From NCBI GenBank assembly GCA_963718665.1, contig OY970359.1, forward strand, positions 480,001 to 544,000: a DNA stretch of 64,000 bases. The letters run 5' to 3'. Shown here piece after piece: positions 20,587 to 28,980 of the stretch. Origin of the DNA: an uncultured Phycisphaerales bacterium. Lineage in GTDB: Bacteria > Planctomycetota > Phycisphaerae > Sedimentisphaerales > Anaerobacaceae. The position numbers and the translations under genes were made by a program. Numbering within the stretch: position 1 is the stretch's first letter; the number at the start of each line of letters is the position of its first letter. The notes beneath the pieces are model-generated. The model saw nothing but the letters and a program-made list of their open reading frames with translations. It was not told where the DNA came from and ran no database searches.

Positions 20587-20978
20587 TACAACATCAAAAT
20601 AATTTAAGCGTAATTTAAGGTGCCAGATTTTCCCTCTGCTTCTTTCTCAACCGCTCCTTTTTCGCCCATACATTTTTAACTTTTGATTTGTTATTTTGAT
20701 TCTTGCCCGCCTTCGGCAGAAATTCGCTTCGATGTTGACTCCTGACGAGAATAGGGAAATTATAAGCTGAAACGGTGGAAAAAAGCAAAAGGAAAGGGAG
20801 AACGAATTGAAGCCCTCGACCCATTCGACTTCGCTCAGGGCAGGCAGTTGAGCAGCGTTAATCTGCGTTAATCAGCGTCTAAATATCCTTCGTGTGCCTT
20901 CTTTTTTCGTGGTAACTCCCTTAAATACAAGCACTTATAACAAAAACGCATAATTTTTCAAGAAAAGTTGTATTTGTC

Positions 20979-21006
20979 TTGACTTGCAGATATTGTTTGG
21001 TAAAAT
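20979..21006 (+). promoter_or_regulatory. Sigma70-like promoter with extended -10
   Basis: TTGACT-N16-TAAAAT with TGn immediately before the -10. Confidence 0.55.
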
Positions 21007-21118
21007 TCTAACCCGCTGGCAGACGCTGGCAGGAGGCAGGGATAGAAATCCCAAGTTTAGCGCCTTGTGCGCAAGGTAAATCAAACCAATTTTCGTTTTG
21101 TGTTTTGTTGTTTGATAT

Positions 21119-22161
21119 TGCTCTGTAGAAAAGATTGAAGCATAAGGTTTAGTCATGGCGATAAGTGTTAATAATAACAATAACTTAGGTTTCAGCCATA
21201 AACCGCGTTGGAAAGGATTCCACGATGGCCAAACACGGAGTTATGACCAAATCACCTGTTATGCTGGCAAAGCAGGCACTTCAGACAGCCACAACGGCAC
21301 TCTCGCCATATTCAGCCAATCGCTCACGCCACGATTTTACACAGGCACAGTTGTTCGCCATTTTGACTCTGCGACAGTTTTTTCAAACCGACTATCGTGG
21401 GATTGTACAGTTGCTGGCGGACTTCACGGACTTGAGAGCTGCGATTGGGTTGTCAAAAATTCCTCACTACACTACCCTTCAAAAAGCACAGCAACGTCTG
21501 CTAAAAAAAGGGCTTGGGACAAGCTGTTAGCCGCCATTTTCAGTATTGCCAGCCGCGATGGCTTAATCGAGGAACGCCCCGAGGCATCCATTGATTCGAC
21601 GGGGCTGGAAAGCCGGTTTGTCAGCCGACATTTTCTAATGCGTCAAGGCAAACATACCCAGCAATATCGCCGATGGACAAAACTTACGGTTGTCTGCCAC
21701 AATGCCAGCCATCTGATTGCTGCCGGCTTGGTCAGCACTGGTCCCAGCAATGATTGTTCCTACCTTATGCCGGCAGTTTCCCAGGCGGTAACTAATCTGC
21801 CTATAGACCGGCTTTTGGGTGATGCAGGATATGACGCAGAAGCCAACCATAAATTCTGTCGTCAGTATCTCGGCATCCGCTCGACGATTATCGCTATCAA
21901 CAACCGACGAGGTAAAAAAGGCGAGCTTACAGGCCATTACCGAAATCAAATGAAGAATAACTTCCCGAAACGTAAGTTTGGTCAGCGATGGCAAGTTGAG
22001 AGTGTTATGTCTCGCATGAAACGTCGTCTTGGCTACGCCCTTCGTAGCCGAACGAATGAATCTCGCAGTACCGAGTGCGTCATGAGAGTTCTGACCTACA
22101 ACCTGATGCTTCTCTATTTACTTTTCATAAAGAACTTTTAATTAAAGGTTTCTACAAAGCA
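21119..22161 (+). mobile_element. Complete insertion sequence (IS5/IS4-type DDE), about 1043 bp
   Basis: 13-bp TIRs TGCTCTGTAGAAA / TTTCTACAAAGCA with 1 mismatch; flanks GTTTGATAT / GTTTGAGAT (8/9 match, putative target duplication). Confidence 0.85.
21225..22141 (+). CDS. DDE transposase, about 305 aa if joined by a -1 frameshift at A7G (21503-21510)
   Basis: ORF A (21225-21530, PHYTTL) overlaps a -1 frame ORF carrying IDSTG, GDAGYD and RWQVESVMSRMKR. Confidence 0.85.
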
Positions 22162-22310
22162 GTTTGAGATTTGAAACTTGGAATTTGGGATTTGTGGGTC
22201 CCCTGTTGCAAGCCGATGGAGCCGCCCCTGCCGTTTTGCAAAGCAAAACGAGACGCAGGGGTCTCCGCTACGCTTCGAGGATCTGCGCTATGCTACGAGA
22301 GGAGATAAGT

Positions 22311-22922
22311 ATGTTTACACAACTAACAATAAGGGTTCCCGTCTGCCTTGACCTAATTTTTGCATGGCCTGTATTGCTTTATCGCAAGGTAAAATACGGT
22401 CATCCATTTCGCAAGATTCCACTAGGCGAAGGGAGGTTCACGATTGTTGAGCCGGGGGATTTTTATCAGTTGAACAGGTTTAACTGGTGCGCGAAGGAAA
22501 ACGGGCCTCGAATTTACGCGGTGCGGTTAGTGGGCGATTCGAACAACAGGACAAAGATTATTTCGATGCACAGGGAAATAATGGGTGAGCCGGCGGGGAT
22601 GCTGGTTGACCATCACAATCGCAATACCTTAGACAACAGGAAAGAAAACCTTCGCTTGGCGACACATTCGCAGAACCAGTTCAATAAAGGAAAGACCACC
22701 AAAAAAACAACATCGCGGTTTATCGGGGTTTTCTTCGAGAAACAATCCGGCCGATGGGTAGCAAGAACCACAGTTGGGGGGAAAAGGATATGGCTTGGCA
22801 GATTCGATGATGAAACAGAAGCGGCGAAGGCATACGATGAGGCGGCGAAGAAATACCATGGGGAATTCGCACAGTTGAACTTCCCAAATCTCACCGCAGA
22901 GAACGCAGAGAACGCGGAGTAA
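22311..22922 (+). CDS. HNH endonuclease with AP2 DNA-binding domain
   Basis: MHREIM...VDHHNRNTLDNRKENLR (HNH), then SRFIGV...W.A...LGRF...EAAKAYD...HGEFA (AP2). GAGGAG RBS before ATG 22311. Confidence 0.9.
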   Translation: MFTQLTIRVPVCLDLIFAWPVLLYRKVKYGHPFRKIPLGEGRFTIVEPGDFYQLNRFNWCAKENGPRIYAVRLVGDSNNRTKIISMHREIMGEPAGMLVDHHNRNTLDNRKENLRLATHSQNQFNKGKTTKKTTSRFIGVFFEKQSGRWVARTTVGGKRIWLGRFDDETEAAKAYDEAAKKYHGEFAQLNFPNLTAENAENAE

Positions 22923-23097
22923 AGTCGAATGTCCAATATCGAATACTAAATGTTGAAGTGAATTACGCAGCAATGCGCCGCCGTACCGGCGGCGGCTAAA
23001 CCCGCCGTGACACGGCGGGCTAAATACGGATACGGAAATGCACTACGAAAAACTGGACCCCAGATCGTAGTCTGGGGCTTCGCTGCGCTACGAGAAA

Positions 23098-24099
23098 TCA
23101 ATCCTTTTCGGACAGGTCGTCATTGTATTTACTACGATTGGCATTCCACCATTTTTGGGCCTGGTCGTAGTTGTCGAATTCCTGAGAGACGAGAAAATTA
23201 ATGGCAGATTTGACGCTGTCGCGGAAATCGGGATCAGAATCATTCAGGCCTGTGATGAGTATATCCATGGCAGCGGGACTGGAAGCATCGATGAGCGAAG
23301 AAACGGTGTCCTCTTTGACATCCTCGTACTGGCTGGTGATGCCTGCCCCAAGGACAGCCAGGCGAATATCGGGCACTTGCTGGTTGGCGGCCTGAATTGC
23401 GGCGTTGCGGACATCTTCGCTTTCATCTGCGAGGGCGTCAACAAGGACTTTGCCGACGGCAGGGTCGGTGACATTTTCGCAGGCCTCGATTGCGCTTTTG
23501 CGGATATCGGGTTCGGTGTCGTTAAGGGCTTTGGCTGCAACGTAAACAACATTGGGGTCGTTGATGTCATTCATTGAGATCGCTTCCATCGCAGCAGTGC
23601 GAACATCGAGGTCGTTATCATCGAGGGCTTTATAAACAAGAGCGGGTATCAATTCGGGATGGGCATCGGCGAAGTCGGAAATAAAATCCACTTTTTCTTC
23701 GGAGGTCTTGAGGGCATCGAATGGTTTCAAATCATCAGGTTCGGGCAGGGTCGGCTCTTTGGGCTGTTCGGCGGCAACGGGTGGTTCGGTTTTTTTCTGG
23801 TCATCGGCAACCGGCGGACTGACTTCTTTGGCGGGCACTTTGGCAACAGTGGTTGTTTTATTATCCACAACGGGTTCAGCAGGCGAGGCGACTGTATTTT
23901 GATTAACTTCAGCCGGCGGCGGCTGAATATTGGCGTCCTGTTTAGGCGGTTTATTCTCGCTCGATGCCGGCAAGGGATGCGTTGGGGACGATTTACTCTG
24001 TTGTTTCTTCGGACAGCCGACGGCGAAAACCACCGCCAAGGCGAGCGTTACCATCAACACAGTTTTAACAGCCATTTCAAACCTGAATATACGGTTCAT
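23098..24099 (-). CDS. HEAT-repeat lipoprotein with Pro-rich linker
   Basis: Lipobox FAVGC, P/E-rich spacer, and repeated ALxDxxxDVRxxA units. Confidence 0.85.
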   Translation of the reverse strand: MNRIFRFEMAVKTVLMVTLALAVVFAVGCPKKQQSKSSPTHPLPASSENKPPKQDANIQPPPAEVNQNTVASPAEPVVDNKTTTVAKVPAKEVSPPVADDQKKTEPPVAAEQPKEPTLPEPDDLKPFDALKTSEEKVDFISDFADAHPELIPALVYKALDDNDLDVRTAAMEAISMNDINDPNVVYVAAKALNDTEPDIRKSAIEACENVTDPAVGKVLVDALADESEDVRNAAIQAANQQVPDIRLAVLGAGITSQYEDVKEDTVSSLIDASSPAAMDILITGLNDSDPDFRDSVKSAINFLVSQEFDNYDQAQKWWNANRSKYNDDLSEKD

Positions 24100-24587
24100 A
24101 TTTTATGCTCCTCAAAAAAAGTTCAGCCACCCGCATAGCGGCGGGCGAGGTCTCGCCAGAGGCGGACAGAGATATTATAGCCACAGAGCACACAGAGGCC
24201 ACAGAGAATTTAAAATTAGTCACCCCGCTTCGCCCACAGGGCGAAAATGGTGTTTGCGATGTCGGTGTTGTCGATATATAGGCCGCGGAGGTGGTCATTA
24301 TTTCTTTGCCCTGAGCGGGGGTCCGTCTTCGCCGAAACAGGCCTGTGAGGTGCCCTGTTTCGTGGTCGAATGATGACAAGTAAAAGAACCACCAGTTAAA
24401 ACTGGCAGTATTGAAATCGGAAGAATAAAATCAAGCCGAGCAATATGTTTCTAATCAGCATCTTCATATCCGAATGACGATTATAATAACAGGATATTAT
24501 ATTTACCAGCGGGGGCTTTTTTTTTGGCGTCGAAGACGTATAATCAGACCCGTCGGACATATCGGACTTGTCTGACAAGGAGTAATA

Positions 24588-25673
24588 ATGAGTTATTTTC
24601 GTGATAATATCGAGCAGATGAAGGGTTATGAGCCGGGGTTTCAGCCCCCCACTGCTTCGCTTTGCGAAGCAAACCGTGGGGGCAGGCCAACCACGGAGGT
24701 GGTAAAGCTCAACACCAATGAGAACCCTTACCCCCCTTCCCCGGAAGTTTTGAAGGTGATAGGGGAGATAAAGCCGGAGCAGTTGCGCAGGTATCCCGAC
24801 CCGACGGGAAGCGTATTTCGTGAGGCGGCGGCAAAAATCAACGGGGTAGAGCCGGACTGGATTATGATTTGCAACGGCGGGGACGAGCTGCTGAGTATGG
24901 CGTTTACCGCATTTTGCGACAAAAAGCGGCCGGTTGCGTATCCAGTGCCGACTTATTCGCTTTACCCGGTGCTAGCGCAAATACAGGGCTGCAAGGCAAT
25001 CGAGGTGCCCTTCGACGAGGAATTTAACCTGCCTTCAAAATTGGCGAGGACCAAAGCGGCTTTGACAATCGTATGCAATCCGAATGCGCCGAGCGGGACA
25101 CTTATAGAGGCCGAAGAGTTGGCGGAATTAGCGGCGGAGATAAAAGGTGTTTTGCTGATTGACGAGGCATACGTGGATTTCGCGGAGCAAAACTGCATTG
25201 AATTAGTCAAACAGTTCGATAACATAATTATACTTCGTACGCTGAGCAAAGGTTATTCACTGGCGGGATTGCGTTTCGGATACGCGATTGCGAAGCCGAC
25301 ATTGATAGAGGGACTGCTGAAGGTCAAGGATTCATACAACGAAGACGCGATAGCGATAGCGGCGGCGACAGCGGCAGTACAAGACCAGGAGTATTTCAAA
25401 GAAATAATCGCGAAGGTAAAGGAGGAACGCAAACGGCTGAGTGAGCAGTTGAGGGCGATTGGATTTACGCTGCCGGAAAGCTCGTCGAATTTCGTATTCG
25501 CGGAACACACAAAGCGCAAGGCGAAAAGTATTTTTGACAAACTTGTTGAGAAAAATATATATGTGCGATACTGGGATTTGCCAGGTATCGAGAATAAGCT
25601 GAGAATAAGCGTGGGGACAAGAGAACAGAATGATACGCTTTTGTCGGCGTTGAAAGAAATAGTATCCGCGTAA
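24588..25673 (+). CDS. hisC: Histidinol-phosphate aminotransferase
   Basis: KLNTNENPY, NGGDE, CNPNAPSG, DEAY, RTLSKGYSLAGLRFGY. Confidence 0.95.
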   Translation: MSYFRDNIEQMKGYEPGFQPPTASLCEANRGGRPTTEVVKLNTNENPYPPSPEVLKVIGEIKPEQLRRYPDPTGSVFREAAAKINGVEPDWIMICNGGDELLSMAFTAFCDKKRPVAYPVPTYSLYPVLAQIQGCKAIEVPFDEEFNLPSKLARTKAALTIVCNPNAPSGTLIEAEELAELAAEIKGVLLIDEAYVDFAEQNCIELVKQFDNIIILRTLSKGYSLAGLRFGYAIAKPTLIEGLLKVKDSYNEDAIAIAAATAAVQDQEYFKEIIAKVKEERKRLSEQLRAIGFTLPESSSNFVFAEHTKRKAKSIFDKLVEKNIYVRYWDLPGIENKLRISVGTREQNDTLLSALKEIVSA

Positions 25674-25684
25674 AGGACTATGCT

Positions 25685-26269
25685 ATGAAAAAACGAATGG
25701 CGAAAATACACAGGAAGACAAAAGAGACAGACGTCAATATCTCGCTGAATCTCGACGGAGCCGGTAAATATGAAATCGATACGGGCGTCGGGTTCCTCGA
25801 CCATATGCTCACGCACCTAAGCAAGCACAGCAAAATCGATACGACCATAAAGGCCAAAGGCGACCTCGACGTTGACAGTCATCACACCGTCGAGGACATC
25901 GGGCTTTGCTTAGGCGAGTGCCTTGACAATGCGCTGGGAGACAAGAAAGGCATAAACAGATACGGCAATAGTTCTGTGCCGATGGAAGATTCACTTGCGA
26001 ATGTGTCGATTGATTTGTCAGGCAGGCCGAGCTGCGTTTATAATGTGGAATACCGGACGAGCAAGATTGGCGATTTCGACGTGGAGTGCCTTGAGGAGAT
26101 GCTGCGGAGCTTTTCAAACTCGGGCAAATTCAACCTGCATATAAACATCCCCTACGGCACAAACGCACATCACACCGCGGAAGCGATATTCAAGGCGCTA
26201 GGCCAAGCATTGGGGGCGGCGGTTAAAATAACAGGTAAAGACATCCCCAGCACAAAGGGAACACTGTGA
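25685..26269 (+). CDS. hisB: Imidazoleglycerol-phosphate dehydratase
   Basis: RKTKET, FLDHML, DSHHTVED, NAHHTAE, PSTKG. Confidence 0.96.
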   Translation: MKKRMAKIHRKTKETDVNISLNLDGAGKYEIDTGVGFLDHMLTHLSKHSKIDTTIKAKGDLDVDSHHTVEDIGLCLGECLDNALGDKKGINRYGNSSVPMEDSLANVSIDLSGRPSCVYNVEYRTSKIGDFDVECLEEMLRSFSNSGKFNLHINIPYGTNAHHTAEAIFKALGQALGAAVKITGKDIPSTKGTL

Positions 26270-26775
26270 TTGAACCAGAACCAATTGAGTTTCGAGCGGG
26301 GATAGGCACGGACATTCACCGCTTAGTCGAGGGCAGGAAGCTGATGCTGGGCGGGATACAGATTCCGCACCCGATGGGGTTGCTGGGACACAGCGACGGC
26401 GACGCGGTGCTGCACGCGGTGATAGACGCCCTGCTTGGGGCCGCTGGTCTGGGCGACATAGGGACATTTTTCCCCGACGCCGACCCCAAATGGAAAGACG
26501 CGGACAGCAAGGAACTGCTATTCATCGTCAAAGAAAAATTAGCTGAGAAGAAATGGGATATCATCAACGTCGATGTAACGATTCACGCGGAACAACCCCG
26601 GCTGGAACCATTCAAGGGACAAATCAAGCGGGTAATCGCGGGACTTTTGGGAATCGATTTCAACGCGGCAAACGTCAAGGCAAAAACGAATGAAGGACTT
26701 GGCGAGGTCGGCGAAGGCACAGCAATAGCGGCAACGGCGATAGCAATGCTGAGGAAGAAAATCAAAAGGGTATAA
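26266..26775 (+). CDS. ispF: 2-C-methyl-D-erythritol 2,4-cyclodiphosphate synthase
   Basis: GIGTDIH, GHSDGDAVLHA, GDIG.FFPD, VKAKTNE. Confidence 0.95.
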   Translation: MIEPEPIEFRAGIGTDIHRLVEGRKLMLGGIQIPHPMGLLGHSDGDAVLHAVIDALLGAAGLGDIGTFFPDADPKWKDADSKELLFIVKEKLAEKKWDIINVDVTIHAEQPRLEPFKGQIKRVIAGLLGIDFNAANVKAKTNEGLGEVGEGTAIAATAIAMLRKKIKRV

Positions 26776-26824
26776 GAAGCAATTTCGGATTGCAGAAAAG
26801 CGGATTTGAAATTAGGAATTGAAG

Positions 26825-28465
26825 ATGACTTTGAAATTATATAACAGCTTAACGCGGCGATTAGAGGATTTTAAGCCGGTGAAGGAAGGCAGGGTCGGGA
26901 TATATGTTTGCGGGCCGACGGTTTATGGGCACGCGCATCTTGGCCACGCGAAAAGCTACGTTAGCTTCGATATTCTCGTCCGCTATATGCGATACCTCGG
27001 CTACAACGTAACATACGTTCAGAATATTACAGACGTGGGTCACCTTACCGATGATGCGGACCAGGGCGAGGACAAAATCGCAAAGGCAGCGGCGAAGGTC
27101 CATAAGCACCCGATGGAACTGGCAGAGATGTACACGCGCAGTTTCTTCGAGGATATGGACAAGCTCAACTGTGTCCGGCCCGATATAAGCCCGCGGGCAA
27201 GCGGCCATATCGTCGAGCAAATCGAATTAGTAAAGACGCTTATCGAGAAAGGTTACGCATACGAGGCAAACGGGTCGGTTTATTTCGATGTTTCCAAATT
27301 CACTGATTACGGCAAACTTTCGGGCAGGAACGTCGAGGATATGATTGCGGGGGCACGGGTGGAGATTTCGCAGGAAAAGAGAAACCCTGCGGATTTCGCG
27401 CTCTGGAAAAAGGCGGAGGCGAATCATATTATGCAATGGCCAAGCCCGTGGGGACAGGGATTCCCCGGCTGGCACCTTGAGTGTTCGGTGATGAGCACAA
27501 AATACTTAGGGCAACCCTTCGATATTCACGGGGGCGGGCTGGAAAACCAGTTCCCGCACCACGAATGTGAAATAGCGCAGGCGGAGGCGGCAACGGGGAA
27601 GCAATTCGTCAATTACTGGCTGCATAATAATATGGTGACGGTCGATGGCCAGAAGATGGGTAAGAGTTTGGGCAACTTTATTACGCTAAAGCAGGTTTTT
27701 ACGGATTACACCGATGTAGAAAAGCACGAGAGATTAAGCAAAAAATATGACCCTATGGCAGTAAGAATGTTAGTCCTCAATAGCCATTATCGTCATCCTA
27801 TAGATTTTTCCGATGACGCTTTAATTGCTGCTCAGAGTGGATACGATAAACTAACGGATGCGGTCATCGCAGTAAGAAAGCAAATTAAAAACGCACCAAA
27901 CGGATCTGTTGATAATAATGTTGCGAACCGCCTGAAAGAATTGAAAGATAAATTCGAGTCGGCAATGAACGACGACCTCAATACTTCGATTGCATTGTCG
28001 GTGATGTTTGAGTTGGCGGGTTTGTCTAGTGAAATGCTTAAGGATAGTAATCCTGTAACACCTTTTAAAGATCTATATAAAACATTACGCGCTGCCTACA
28101 AAAAAGTAACATTAGAAACGCTTACAGCAATTGATAATCTGTTTACGAAACTCGGCGGCGACGTATTAGGTATTGTGACAAAATCAATGGAGAAAACAAC
28201 GTCATCCACATTTGTTGATATGAAAGACGATATTCTTGATAAGTACAAAATATTTGTTGAATGGAGAAAATTAGCAAGAGACAAAAAAGATTTTGCCACT
28301 GCGGACACTATCAGAAATTACTTAAAGACTTCTGGATTAGATATACAAGATACATTACAAGATAGTTTCTTAAAATATCTTGAAGATTATTCATACCACA
28401 AAGAGGACGCAGAAAACTACATGCTATTTTTAACCAAAGAATTAAAGAAAATTTACGAAAAATGA
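26825..28465 (+). CDS. cysS: Cysteine--tRNA ligase with an AT-rich, extended C-terminal region
   Basis: CGPTVY, HLGH, DFALWK, PGWHLECS, FPHHECE, KMGKS. Confidence 0.95.
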   Translation: MTLKLYNSLTRRLEDFKPVKEGRVGIYVCGPTVYGHAHLGHAKSYVSFDILVRYMRYLGYNVTYVQNITDVGHLTDDADQGEDKIAKAAAKVHKHPMELAEMYTRSFFEDMDKLNCVRPDISPRASGHIVEQIELVKTLIEKGYAYEANGSVYFDVSKFTDYGKLSGRNVEDMIAGARVEISQEKRNPADFALWKKAEANHIMQWPSPWGQGFPGWHLECSVMSTKYLGQPFDIHGGGLENQFPHHECEIAQAEAATGKQFVNYWLHNNMVTVDGQKMGKSLGNFITLKQVFTDYTDVEKHERLSKKYDPMAVRMLVLNSHYRHPIDFSDDALIAAQSGYDKLTDAVIAVRKQIKNAPNGSVDNNVANRLKELKDKFESAMNDDLNTSIALSVMFELAGLSSEMLKDSNPVTPFKDLYKTLRAAYKKVTLETLTAIDNLFTKLGGDVLGIVTKSMEKTTSSTFVDMKDDILDKYKIFVEWRKLARDKKDFATADTIRNYLKTSGLDIQDTLQDSFLKYLEDYSYHKEDAENYMLFLTKELKKIYEK

Positions 28466-28962
28466 AGATACTTGGTATAGACCCGGGATTGCAGGTTTGC
28501 GGGTATGCGTGTATTGAGTCAAAATCAGGCGAAACAACCCTGCTTGAAGGCGGGGTGATTCACACAACGGCCAGCAAGGCAGTTGAAAAGAGATTAAATC
28601 AGATAGCAGAAGATATTGACTCGATACTGGACAAGTTCAAGCCCGATGTCGTTGGGGTGGAGCAGTTGTATTCGCATTATGCACATCCGCGAACAGCGAT
28701 ATTGATGGGGCACGCAAGAGGGGTTATATTGCAGAGATGTGCCGAGGCGGGCGTTGAGGTTAAGAGCTTCGGCGCGACGCGGATAAAGAAATGTATTACC
28801 GGTAACGGGCACGCGTCGAAAGAGCAGATGCAGAGGACAATCAAGACGCTTCTGGGATTGTCGGCTGTGCCTGAGCCGAATGACGTGGCGGACGCGATAG
28901 CGGCGGCGATGTGCTGTGCAGAAATGATGAGAAAAACTGGATTCCCGCTTCCGCGGGAATGA
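28462..28962 (+). CDS. ruvC: Holliday junction resolvase
   Basis: ILGIDPG, GVEQLY, GHARGV, TGNGHASK, DVADAIA. Confidence 0.95.
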   Translation: MKILGIDPGLQVCGYACIESKSGETTLLEGGVIHTTASKAVEKRLNQIAEDIDSILDKFKPDVVGVEQLYSHYAHPRTAILMGHARGVILQRCAEAGVEVKSFGATRIKKCITGNGHASKEQMQRTIKTLLGLSAVPEPNDVADAIAAAMCCAEMMRKTGFPLPRE

Positions 28963-28963
28963 C
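28937..28963. repeat. 27-bp palindrome CTGG-ATTCCC-N8-GGGAAT-GAC
   Basis: Further copies at 29614-29640 and, in opposite orientation, 60391-60417. Confidence 0.85.
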
Positions 28964-28980
28964 AACTAAAACATTAAATT

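Noticed and set aside
20615..21180. Small ORFs 20615-20824 and 20935-21180
   Set aside because: They have no recognisable motifs and overlap repeats, a promoter and the IS end.
23861..23869. DnaA box TTATCCACA / possible oriC
   Set aside because: It is a single copy inside a CDS. I saw no box cluster, including near yidC-mnmE.
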